64,000 nt of DNA from Eledone cirrhosa (taxonomy: Eukaryota), in NCBI GenBank assembly GCA_964016885.1, contig OZ024743.1:163804001-163868000 (forward strand), written 5' to 3'. Shown here in pieces: positions 36,375 to 48,660 of this stretch; position 1 is the stretch's first letter; the number at the start of each line of letters is the position of its first letter. The translations under genes and the position numbers were made by a program. Below the pieces are notes generated by a model, which worked only from the letters and a program-made list of their open reading frames with translations, searched no databases and had not been told where the DNA came from.

Positions 36375-37405
36375 CATCATCATCATCGTTTAACGTCCTT
36401 ATTCCACGCTTGCATGGGTTTGGACGGGAGTTTTCCCACTTGAGGCAAGAGTGGTTGTCTTGCTCGCATAGGACTGTCTGGCGGGTTTTCTACAGCTGGA
36501 TGCCCTTTCTAACACCAACCACATTTACAGTGTGGGTCTGGGAGGTTTTTACCGTGTTACCTACACGGCCACATTACAGCGTGGACTGTGTGTTTTTTGT
36601 CGTGGCACCTACACGACCTCATTTGTTTCGGGCTGGATGTTGTGGTACCAACATAACTTTACATTGAAAGGGGTGGTGTGGATGGGGTGGGGGTAGTTGG
36701 ACGGGGTGTATTTTGTTAGAGGTGCCTACTGACTAGTAGGTTTCACTTTGTACTTAGGTAAGGTGGGTCTTCTCTATTACTGTGTAGCGCCAAAGATCTC
36801 GATCCAGTGACATTGTCTTGGAGAGGTGTAAGTGTGTGAGGTCGGAATTTATCAAGTCGTCCCAGGTTTTTCTGGGTCTACCTACTCCATAACATCCATC
36901 AATTTTGATCGCCCTGCACTTTTTTATACAGCTGTCGTCTTTCATGCGCATCACATGACCATACCAACATAGTCTTCTCTCGAGTAAACAACATCTGATC
37001 CCTCTTATTTCTAATTTTTCCCTCAGTTCGTTTATGCTTTGCCGTTCACGTATATTACTATTACACATCCAGCGGAGCATGCAAGCTTCGTTCCTCTCCA
37101 GTCTGCGTATATCCTCTGCACACAGTGCCCAGGTCTCACTGCCATGTAACATTGCTGTTTGTATGCAGGCATCATACAGCCTGCCTTTCATTTTTAGGGA
37201 GAACCCTTTAGCGGCTAATAGTGGTATAAGCTCTCTGAACTTTTTCTATCCAGTTCTGACTCTAGCTACTGTACTTTCAGAGCACCCTCCCCCACTGCTG
37301 ATTTTGTCACCCAGGTAACGGAAGCTGTCCACTATTTCTATAGAACCATCTGTGCAATGGAATGAGCTAGTATTCCGCGGGCACTTGCTGCTACTTATTG
37401 CAGCA
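36375..37405 (-). mobile_element. RTE LINE 3' portion with long 3' UTR
   Basis: ORF 36754-37191 MKGRLYDACIQTAMLHGSETW...WYGHVMRM...GRPRKTWDD; (GAT)n tail at ~36375. Confidence 0.9.
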
Positions 37406-37429
37406 GATATATGTATATCATTTCATCAT

Positions 37430-37728
37430 CATTTCATTTTTACGCCCGCTTTTTCCCTGCTTGCAGGGGTGGGACAGGAACTGATTCTGGCCTGACTTCT
37501 ACAGCTGGATGCCCTTCCTAACGCCAACCTCATTTACAGTGAGTGCTGGGTGCTTTTTTGCCATGGCACCTCCACGACCACTTTGCAGTGGAATGATAGG
37601 GACACCAGTCCCTATCATCTCATTTCTCCAGCTGAGTAAGCTGGAGCAATGTGAAATAAAGTGTCTTGCTCAAGGAAACAACACATCACCCGGTCTGAGA
37701 ATTGAACTCACAACCTTTCGATTGCAAG

Positions 37729-37732
<4 letters not shown>
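37430..37732 (-). mobile_element. Young tRNA/CORE-like/RTE-tailed SINE, 5'-truncated
   Basis: Near-identical to 39585-39910 and to the reverse complement of 45412-45740. Confidence 0.85.
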
Positions 37733-37775
<43 letters not shown>

Positions 37776-38948
37776 AATATAGATGAGGTGTTTAATTTTC
37801 ATTACATTTATTGAGGTGTGATGTGCATTACGTGATTGATCAGCTCAAGGTTCAATCTATATCGAAAAGCTCATCAGATTTCTGTTATCATAATGACGGA
37901 ATGTGTCTCAACAAATGACAGCTGTTTAATCCATGAAGTATAGAAAATAGATGTTAAACGATGATGGTGATTATATTTGAAGTTTTTGATAGGAGAATAT
38001 GGTAAACCAAATTTAAATGAGTACTCAATACATATTAATAGTTTTCACCTATAGAGGATATATATTTTTATTGTTGTAGCAGACTTTACAAAGAATTCTG
38101 TGTTTCACTGCTGGCTGAAGGGTTAAAAAGCTTGTGTTGCAATAATTATCTCCTAGGTTCAATTCTACAGCATGACATCTTGGACAAGTGTAATTTACCA
38201 GAGCCTCAGGGCAACCCATGTCTTGTGAGTGAAATTGGGTTGATGGAAACTGTTTGGAACACTGTTAGATGGACAGCCTTGTCACACACTGTCTCATGCT
38301 GAATCTCCCTGAGAATTTCGTTAAGAGTACATGTGTCTGTAGAATGCTCAGGTGCCTGCATACTAATCTCACAAGCAGTCTATTCCATTAATCAAACAAT
38401 TGGAACAATGTTTTGGGTTGTGTAAATGTGATTGTCTATGATAGTGATTCTGTACATGTGGCATGCAGCCTGCATAGGATCAATTTGGATATTTTCGGGA
38501 GGGGGTGGGGGGGCAGCTTTGCGATATTTTATATCTTTCTAATACATATTTTTATCTTGAGAGAAGCGTCATGGTGGGACATCATCATCATTTAACACCC
38601 AATTTCCATACTGGCATAGGTTAGAGATACGTAATCTTATACATTTCATATTTAGCAGGATTTCTATGACTGGATACTCTTCCTAATGCTAACCACTTTA
38701 CAAAGTGAACAGGGTGTGTATTATTGTGGCACCAACACTGCCATTTTACAGAGTATATTCAATGTATTTTATGATGGCATCATCACTAGAGAGGTTGTCA
38801 TATGCTCAATCAGACAATATAGAGTAGAGATGACACTCTATGTTGTCTCTGTTTGAGCTAAAAAAAGGTTCAAGAATCATTGGACTACTTATTGTCAATC
38901 ATTTAAAAAATGTTATTACATGTATATATATATGTATATATATATATG

Positions 38949-39556
38949 TCAGGTCACCACTTGGTGCTACTGGTAACATGTATCCCAGTACAACCTGTCT
39001 CATGGTCGGGTCGTTGGCGACTAAACTGGCAACCCCACTAAGGTTTCTTGGTGAGGAGGGTGATTTTGGACATCCTGCAGGACTAAAAACAAAACCTGTC
39101 AAAGGGCAAAGGAGCTCTTAAGAGTCAATGGCCATCCAAAATCACTGGGAGAGATGACCCCTTAGCCTTTGTCAAGGCAGAATTCTAGGAGAAGGAAAAC
39201 TCTGATATAACACCTGCAACCCTGATGGTATCCAATGATGTTGACTTGTTCTTCTTTTTGGTAAATATCATCTTGGTTAAGAGAGTGGGACTGGCTTTGT
39301 GCAGTGCCTTTGCTCACTATAAAAGCTTCACGGCACAGGCATTGCTTTATATCTGGAGATCTCTCTGCACTTGCCGTCACATGGTACCATGGGCCCAGCA
39401 CTATGTGTCAATAATTGTCACAAGTGTAGTGTTTGTACCAGAGTTTTCAAGTCGCTGGCTGGACTAAAAAGTCACACTCGTTCAGCGCATCGGTAGGGGT
39501 TCTCCTACATGGATATAAAGTAGTGGCCGTACTCGAAAACGAGTTGGCAGCCACCA
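38949..39556 (+). mobile_element. ~600-bp non-autonomous RTE-derived retroposon
   Basis: Highly similar copies at 60437-60836, 60845-61062 and 61130-61680; 3' end encodes CSVCTRVFKSLAGLKSHTRSAH and ends CTCGAAAACGAGTTGGCAGCCACC. Confidence 0.8.
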
Positions 39557-39584
39557 TATATATATCATCATTTTCATCATCATT

Positions 39585-40012
<428 letters not shown>

Positions 40013-40183
40013 CATTATCGGAGAAAGGTTTTTTGCGATACCCCGGCCAAATTCCAACTCACTCAACAAACATTAGGAAATAAGTGAGTATATTCCTAAT
40101 TAAACGTTCGGGGTGCTAACTAAATGTATTGTGTGGAAAATTGGTTGTATTATTTCTTATGAGACATATCGAATATATCTCTT

Positions 40184-40307
40184 CCCAGACAGACGTCTCG
40201 TTTCATAAGATTCCTACAATTTAGGTGAAATTATACCAATTTATGTAGGAGCTTGTATAAGATCAACAGATATATATTCAAGTGGGCTATTATAATTCTT
40301 CAGTGGG
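40184..40307 (-). ncRNA. Hammerhead-like motif with long stem II insertion
   Basis: CCCA-CTGAAGA-(~90 nt incl. TCCTACA/TGTAGGA hairpin)-GAAA-C(G)AGACGTCTG-TC-TGGG; stem I CCCA/TGGG, palindromic stem III; base of stem II is weak. Confidence 0.5.
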
Positions 40308-41276
40308 TGCCCAATAATACTAATATTGATAATCTAACCAATATCAGTATTTAGCGATAATCACCATCAGTGTCTGAGGTATCTGTCAGGTTGCTACTCC
40401 AGCAGTTCTAAAGAAATACTCAAACTGATTAAAAAATGAGGAAGTATATTACCGCCAAAAAAACAATACATGCGCAGGACAATGAATTCTAAAAGGAATT
40501 CAGGCCACGTGCTAGAACTCAATTGGAACTTGAAAAAAATCTATGTGTTTACGTTTGATGACACATATATATATATATATATATAAAAAAGAAGAAATTA
40601 AAAGATGGTTAAAAAAGTTCCATGTATTTTATTATGTGCATTTCAAAAACAAATATCATCCTGGGACGATATTTTCATTCGCATCAGATAAAATAGGGAG
40701 ACATGATATGATGCTTAAAAAACACTTGTGAACAAGGTAGTGTCTAGTCAATATATGATAAATAAATTTAAAAGGATATAGAAGATTGGAAAAAAAGGGG
40801 GAAGGAAAAGGAAAAAAGAAGGAGAGGATGATGGAGGAAAAGTATAAGGAAGGATGAGAGAGAAAGAGAGATAAACATTTAAACTGAAAAATGCTGTCAC
40901 CATTGAAAAATAACTGAATAACGGTTGTAAATTTATAAATAAATTAAAAATTGATGAGGTTTATGATTGATGATGTTTATGATTACAGATATAGAAATTA
41001 AGTATACTATTTATTTAGGGTTTATATACTAAAGGATTTATTAAGAGGTGCGAAAATGATTTATTAATTTACTTATCCGATATTTGCATTGCTTTATTGT
41101 TCTACAATAAAACTCACCTCCTACATATATATATATAGATAATCAAATGAAAAAGATATATATATATAGAGAGAGAGAGAGAAAGAGCCATATATCGCAC
41201 AAGAAACACGGTATATTGTATATATACCAAATATATATTCTATAGAAGAATATGTACACAGGTGGAATCATAAGAG

Positions 41277-41423
41277 AAACGTTATAGCGCTATTTCATAC
41301 CTGGAAAGTGTAGCTCAAAATCAATCTAGATCATCAAAATAATGAATCAATATAATCGATAATCGAAGACAAACTATCGATTATGAATAAACCACATGAG
41401 ACTCAGGTACTCTTCAGAGGTCT
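41277..41423 (-). ncRNA. Hammerhead-like motif with a 100-nt loop II
   Basis: AGACCT-CTGAAGA-GTACCTG-(100 nt)-CAGGTAT-GAAA-TAGCGCTA-TA-ACGTTT. Confidence 0.65.
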
Positions 41424-41954
41424 AGTCTCACCATTCTAAGGGAAATATAGAATGAAGTTGGTAAATAAATCAATTTATACCAACTCTATTATGTATGAAA
41501 TACCAACAGCAAGTGCTGATAAATGAAGTAATAAAGATCTGGTTGGCAGCTTGCCTTATCTTACTGTATTGTAACATATCACTTGAGAAAATTTGATGAA
41601 TCAACAATTTAGAAATTAATTTTCTAAAAATATATATGGACTTGAACTTATCCCCTTGGTAACCTTGAAGTTTTAGGTCAAATCTGCCTAGCTATTGGAG
41701 GTGTCCTAATAATAATTTCTTCTTATTTATCCATCATTAGTTATTTTATTTGTTTGTTGTTTATCACTTAATTAGTTTATATATATTATTTTTTATTTAA
41801 TCATCTTGACATCTTAAATGGCAATTAGGATAGTTTGCAGTTGTTGTTTATGCTGTTAATTAAAACAGTATATCTAAGTGTTGCATTTATTTAAACTTTG
41901 TGGGAATTATTTAAAAGCACAAACTACTACTACTACTACTACTACTACACTACT

Positions 41955-42350
41955 ACTTCTTCTTCACCTTATTCTTCTTCTCCTTCTTGAGAGAGAGAGA
42001 ATCGTGGAGGCATAGTCCTCAAACACTTCTTCCAGTGGATCCTGTCAGAAGCAACCATTTCCAACTGATCCAGCTGGATCCCCAAATGAGACCAGCTGAG
42101 CTTATGGATGTTATGCAACCATCTTGCTCGAGGTCTACTCTTGGGTCTCCTGCTGGTTGAATTTGCCCATAAAATCTATCCCACAATTCTTTCCTGAGAC
42201 ATTCTAACCAGATAACCATAGTATCAGAGCTGTGATCTCTCAATTCAGAGAAGTAGCAGCTCTACCTGGAATGACTCTCTGATCTTTGAGCTGCACAATC
42301 TATCGAGTAATGTTATTCCAAAGACCCTTTGGAGGAACCCCATTTCAGTC
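41955..42350 (-). mobile_element. RTE LINE 3' fragment
   Basis: Similar to 231-570. Confidence 0.85.
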
Positions 42351-42784
42351 AACTAAATTTTTTATATATAACTTATGTTTTGTAAATGTTATTCTAGTGG
42401 TTCTTAATCTTTTTCTATTGTGGCACCCCTTGAGATTTTGAAATTCCATCCCACACCCTAGCACATAAGACAAAAGAACTTGAATTTTTAGGTCAAGTTA
42501 TCAGCTACTTAACTGCTGCTATTTTATTAATTAACTACCATGACTAATAAATACAAATTTTTGGAAATAACTAAATATCCACACAAAATATTGAATGATG
42601 AGGAATAAAATTTTTTTTTAAAGTTGTTTTTCTGGACCTCGCACCCCAAGAACTGAATCTCATATCCCTTGTAGGTGCTGCACTCCACCTTAGCAAAGAT
42701 TCTTATCGCATGCATAAAATGTCTAAAGATCAAAATAAATGGTTTGAAATGTTGTTCTTTGTGTTATTACTACACCTAATATTC

Positions 42785-42942
42785 CCCCTCCATACACATA
42801 CACACATGTATATCAAGACTCATACACTATTCACTTCCCTGACATTTGTATATTATTCTATGTACTATACATGCACCTTTGACAAGTTGTAGTGCACCTG
42901 AGCACTTTAAACAATAATTTCATTATTATCATTATTATTACC
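42785..42942 (+). mobile_element. CR1-type LINE 3' UTR fragment with (ATT)n tail
   Basis: Matches the reverse complement of 47842-48000. Confidence 0.8.
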
Positions 42943-44752
42943 TTCAATTATTTGCCTTTTGTAAAGATTTAGTATATTTAGTAAGTGTCACTGCAGAATA
43001 TACATCATTTTATGTCCGTTTTTCCATGTTAACATGAGTTGAAAGGGTTGTCACAGTCTGAGACTAAACAGGTGAGAGACCCACATCTTGTTCATACGTT
43101 GCATATATTGGCATGGTTTCTACGGCTGGATGCCTTTCCAAATACCAATCACCTTACAGCAATGGATACATTGGATTGTTGAACGAGCACTACCACTTGA
43201 TAGAGTGTACTGAATGCATTTAGTCAAGACACTTGACAGATTGTACTGGGTGCATTTGATGATGGCACCAGCATGAACATCCGACAGATTATCTTAGATG
43301 CATTTTATCATAGCACCAGCACCAACAATGTACAGAGAATATACATGACAAATATATTTTTTTGGTAACAGTAGAATTTAAATTCCTCAAATCCTGGAGA
43401 GAAGATGGGCTCCACTAGGTTTTTAAAATATCTCCAAGAAATATCACTACAGCATCTCTATGATTCCAGCAGGAGTTATGGGTACATTCATGCATACATA
43501 GACACTTTAAAATGAGTAACTTTGTATCCTAACACCAGAGCTTGCCTGGTGTTAGGATATATATTGTTTCTAATCTCAAAGCGATGGGAAGAATAAATCA
43601 TAAGATATCTATTATCAAATCTGTTGCTGTGTTTGTGTAGTTTTTCCTGTGATGGAATCAGCATGTTCAAATGGTTAACAACTTCTTTTCAAAGTCATTA
43701 GGTCCTGGGTTTAATCTCACTGTGTGGCATTTTGGACAAATGTCATTTATCATAGTTGCAAGTTGACCCATGCCTTGTCAGTGAAATTGGGTAGATAGAA
43801 ACCGTTTGGAAGGCTGTTGGATGGACTGTACCTGCAATTCAAAGGACCAGCCTTATTACACACTGTGTCACACTGAATCTCCATGAGAATGGTGACGAGA
43901 ATAACATTAGGGTTACATGTGTCTGTTTAATGCTCAGCCACTTGCACCTAATTTCATGATCTGGCTGCTCCATTGATCAAACAACTGGAACACTTGTAGT
44001 CAGAACCAATAGAGGTCTATTTCTATATTTGCATTGGTATGTGTCTGTAGTTTCCATGTTGTAATGTGTGCTTTCATAGTCTATGTATAAGTGTGTGCTT
44101 TCATAAGAAGTTGTGTATGTTTAAGTGTGGTCATGTATGATGATGTATATGCCACAAACTCCTTGTGCCTATCTTTATATATGTGTATGTGTTGTTAGTG
44201 TATATGCAAGATGTTTGCCTAATTAGTAAAAATATATTCAGTTAGTCTAGTTAGTATGTGTGCGTGTTGTTAGTCTCTGTGTGTGTAAAAGCTCGGTTTT
44301 CAAAGATTCATTTTATTTTCTTATACTCTATACAATTCATGCCGATTCGTAAAGATGATTTTCTTTTACAAAATCAAAAATTTAAAAAAATCAGATTATA
44401 TGTATTTATTTATTTTTTTAATTTTTATCATTTTTATACTGCCAGTCTTTGTGGCACCATTTAATTTGAAGCATTCGTCAAAATATTTTTGGTTTAGTCC
44501 ATTTGTTTTTTTTTGTCTTTCTTCTTTTTATCTGGTGATTTATTATGTGTGTGTGTGTACATCATTATGATTTCCATCACACATCTATTTTCCACTCTGG
44601 CATTTCCACCACCCAATACTTACTCCCCCTCCTTACCCTACTGTGATGACTCCACAAGCAACATACAGGTTGGTTTTCCCTCCAACTCTCATAACCCCAT
44701 TACTGCCTCTTCCTAAACTGGCTGGTACAAGCACCCTAGTGCTGAAAATTTT

Positions 44753-45065
44753 GGTAGTGCTGATGCCATAATAAAATGCTCTTGCCCACTCTGTAAAGGG
44801 GTAGTGCTGGTGCCATAATAAAATGCCCTTGCCCACTCTGTAAAGGGGTAGTGGTGATGTCACAATAAAATGCTCTTGCCCACTCTGTAAAGGGGTAGTG
44901 CTGGTGTCATAATAAAAAGCTCTTGCCCACTCTGTAAAGGGGTAGTGCTGATGCCACAATAAAATGCTCTTGCCCACTCTGTGAATGGGTAGTGCTGGAG
45001 CCACAATAAAATGCTCTTTCCCACTCTGTAAAGGGGTAGTGCTGATGTCACAATAAAATGTACCC
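44753..45065 (+). repeat. 49-bp minisatellite, ~6 copies
   Basis: Unit GGTAGTGCTGATGCCATAATAAAATGCTCTTGCCCACTCTGTAAAGG. Confidence 0.92.
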
Positions 45066-45317
45066 AGTACATGCTGTTAAGTCACTGGCATTAGAAAAGT
45101 CATCTGATCTATCTAGTCAAAATGTGACAGTCCATCTAACTCATTGCAGGTATGAAAAACAGGTTATATCCAAAGTTGGTAGAACAATCAGTCCAAAGGA
45201 GGAGTTGGGTATTGAGTTATATCACAACAATTACCACCAAACCAGAGAAAACTTAAGAACATGTTTCACATAGGTGAAATGTGTTCTCAAGTGTGGCTTG
45301 GTAGTAATTGTTGTGAA

Positions 45318-45411
<94 letters not shown>

Positions 45412-45740
45412 GAGGCACATGGCTTAGTGGTTAGAGCATTGGCCTTGCAATCGAAAGGTTGTGAGTTCAATTCTCAGACCGGGTGATGTGTTGTTTCCTT
45501 GAGCAAGACACTTTATTTCACATTGCTCCAGTTTACTCAGTTGTAGAAATGATATGATAGGGACTGGGGTCCCTATCGTTCCACTGCAAAGTGGTCGTGG
45601 AGGTGCCACGGCAAAAAAAGCACCCAGCACTCACTGTAAATGAGGTTGGTGTTAGAAAGGGCATCCAGCTGTAGAAATCAAGCCAGAATCAGTTCCCGTC
45701 CCACCCTTGCAAGCAGGGAAAAGTGGACGTAAAATGAAAT
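45412..45740 (+). mobile_element. Full-length tRNA-derived SINE with CORE-like segment and RTE-derived 3' part
   Basis: A box TGGCTTAGTGG, B box GAGTTCAATTC, CCTTGAGCAAGACACTT; 3' end CCCGTCCCACCCTTGCAAGCAGGGAAAAG..GACGTAAAATGA equals the RTE end at 50171-50212. Confidence 0.88.
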
Positions 45741-46373
45741 CAAAAATGATGAAAAATATTAGGAAGGGCATCCAACCAGTGTATCAATCCCAAAACAGTT
45801 ATCAGCACAGCAACAAGTAGATAGGAACAACAAAATATGAAGACGTCGCATCTCAGAGTTGCAACACTTAATGTTGGCACTCTCAGAGGTAGATCTGCTG
45901 CAATAGTGGAGATGCTGGAGAGAAGGCAGGTGGATGTGTGCTGCGTGCAAGAGGTGAGATGGAGAGGTGCCTCTGCGAGATTAGTCACAGGCAAACATCT
46001 TAGCTATAAGCTTTTCTGGGTAGGTAAGGATGATGGGTTAGGGGGAGTAGGCATTTTCCTGGCTGAGAGATGGTAATCGAATAATTAAGCTTAGATTAGT
46101 TGTAGGCAGGAAACTGCTGACAATCATCTCTGCCTATGCTCCCCAAGCAGGCCTAGGCAAAGAAGAGAAAGACTGCTTTTACGAGCAACTTTTACAAACA
46201 AACGCAATGACAGAGGATGGAGACATCGTTATGCTAGCAGGGGACTTCAATGGTCATGTTGGACAGCTCCAGGATGGTTACACTGGGGTACATGGTGGGC
46301 ACGGTTACGGCTCAAGAAATGAAGGAGTGAGACTATTTGCAACACTAACTTCCAGAAACCTGCCAACCACTTA

Positions 46374-47174
46374 CTTTATATATATATAAAACTGAGGATG
46401 TCTGTCTGTGTATGTGTGAGTTTGAATCCCTAAAACTCGAGAACCACCCAACCGACTGTTTTCAAACTTTACACATGTAATACTTATGTTTCAGGGAGTG
46501 TTCTGAGCAAAAAAAATTCAGATTTTCAATACTCTAGGGACCGCATTAGGCGATTTAGCGATCTCTCTCTATAATTCTTAGTCTTTTTCTTTTTAGATAG
46601 ATACATACATATAACGTCGCACCCTTATAAGGATCTCTGTCTGTGTGTATGTGTGTGTGTGTGTCTGAGTTTGAATCCCTAAAACTCGAGAAGTACCCAA
46701 CCGATTTTTTTCAAACTTTACATGTGTATTACTTATGTTTCAACATTTTGATCTCCTAGGGCCGCATTAGGTGAAAAACTGCGTTTTTTCAGGTTTTTAT
46801 GGATTTTTTGAGGTGTTAAGTCAGACTGATTTCCTTGAAATTGTAACTATGTATTAGTCAGTCTCTTCTTCATACGGTGAGCAAAGAAAATCCAATTTTT
46901 TAATGGCTTTTTTAGGGCTTCTTGGAGGCGTTATGTCTAGCCGATTTTCCCGAAATTTCAAAGCATATCATGCACATAAAAATATTCCATTTTCTTGATC
47001 CCCTGCATTTTTCCTGCTTCATCGAGGAAAATCTTAAAGATTATCCAGCCATCAGAGTATTCTGTTTATTTTCTTTACATATTGTCCAGGCATGCAGTTT
47101 TTCCATGATTAGGTCTGTTGGCGGCCCGCGTTCCAAAATACTTTATCCCGTGCAACGCCGGGTACCACTGCTAG
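46374..47174 (+). mobile_element. Non-autonomous Helitron nested in the RTE APE domain
   Basis: Interrupts ...KPANHL / VTYKSG...; 5' TATATA + (CTGT)-type microsatellite; internal duplication (46395-46560 vs 46630-46775); 3' hairpin CCCGTGCAACGCCGGG then CTAG|T; no target-site duplication. Confidence 0.8.
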
Positions 47175-47841
47175 TGACTTATAAATCTGGCGAGCACATA
47201 AGCCAGATTGACTTCTTACTAGTTAGGCAACGGGACAGGCAGATAGTGTCTAATACCAAGGCATACCCTGGGTAAGAATGTACCCCACAGCATAGGTTAA
47301 TCGTTAGTGATATCTCAGTAAGCAAGAGATGGAATGAGACATACAGGAAGGTGTGGAGAAGAAAGGTCTGGAAGCTAAATGACCTTTCACTAAAATACAA
47401 ATTTAGGAAAGCCCTTCAAGATGTGTATGATGAAAAAGAAGACGATTTAGAGATGTATGACATAAATAATAACTGGAATTTCTTACGTGACAACTTACTG
47501 AGCTCCAACCAGATAGAGAGTGACCTGGTGGTGGAACAGCACAGTAGATAAGGCCATTAGAGACAAAAGACTAGCATGGAAGGCTTGGGAAAAGGGTGGG
47601 AGTAGGGAAGGATATACAGCCGCTAAGAGAGAAGCTAGACGTCAGGTGTACTTAGCATGTAGGGAGGCTGAGAGTAGGAGGTTTGCCAATGTTCTGCGAC
47701 GGGAAGATCAGAGGCGTGCGGTGTCCCACATTGCAAGGCAGTGTGTCAATGCAAATCAGGATGTTGTTGGAGATAAATGTGTCCGGAATGATGCCGGTGT
47801 ACTTAGTGTCACGAATGATCAGAAAAAGGAGACCTGGAAAT

Positions 47842-48660
47842 ATAATAATAATAATAATGAAAATATTGTGTACAGTGCTCAGGTGCACTACAGCTCATCA
47901 AAAGTGTATGTATAGTACATAGGGTAATGTACAAACGTCAGTAAAATGAACAGTGCATGAGTCATGATATACACATGTGTGCATGTGTATGGAAGGGGAA
48001 CATCAGGTGTAGTTTTGGCGAATTTCGGGAAGCATGAGGGTTTTAAAGGATGCAGTGTCTCGGCAGCTAACAACTGACACAGGTAGTTTGTTCCATGCTT
48101 CAGCAACTCTAAGCGTCAAAAAATGTTTCCGAAAGTCATGGGAGCTGTGTTGTTTTCTGACTTTGTAGGCATGTCCATGTGTGTTAGACACATGGAGATC
48201 AAAAAGGTGCTCAGGGCTGTTGTTGGCGAGATGGTTAATAACTTTGTGGGTGTTTACCAAGTCCATTGCCAGACGTCAGAGCTTCAATGAATCCATGCCC
48301 AGGGAAGCAAGGTGTTCAGAGTATGGTAGGTGTCTGATGGAGGGTATGCGCTTGGTTGCACGTCTCTGAACAGTTTCCAGGAGGTCAATGTTCTGAGCAA
48401 GATAGGGGTTCCAGACTGATGATGCGAATTCCAAGTGTGGTCGTACCATAGCTGTATACAGCTTTAAATAGATGGCTGGAGAGCGGCTAACAAAGGTCTT
48501 GCTGAGTGAGGCCAAGACACCCTCGGCCTTCTTGACAATCTTAGAGACGTGCTTTGTCCAACGCAAATCGCTGCTGACAGTAATGCCCAGGTCACGTTCA
48601 CAAGAGGACTTCTTGATATCAGTGTTGTGGACACTGGATTTTTCCTCCCAATTTTTCCTA
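47842..48660 (-). mobile_element. 5'-truncated CR1-clade LINE nested antisense in the RTE
   Basis: ERDLGITVSSDLRW, LYTAMVRPHLEFASSVWNPY, LETVQRRATK, THGHAYK, RVAEAWNKLP; (ATT)n tail at 47842-47858. Confidence 0.92.

Noticed and set aside
37815-37880. Minus-strand CTGATGAGC..GAGC motif before AATAAA and (TA)n; similar lone CTGATGA at 55261
   Set aside because: No GAAA half of the core.
45412-45485. tRNA gene
   Set aside because: A/B boxes are present, but the sequence continues into a SINE body and occurs in multiple copies; it is a SINE head.
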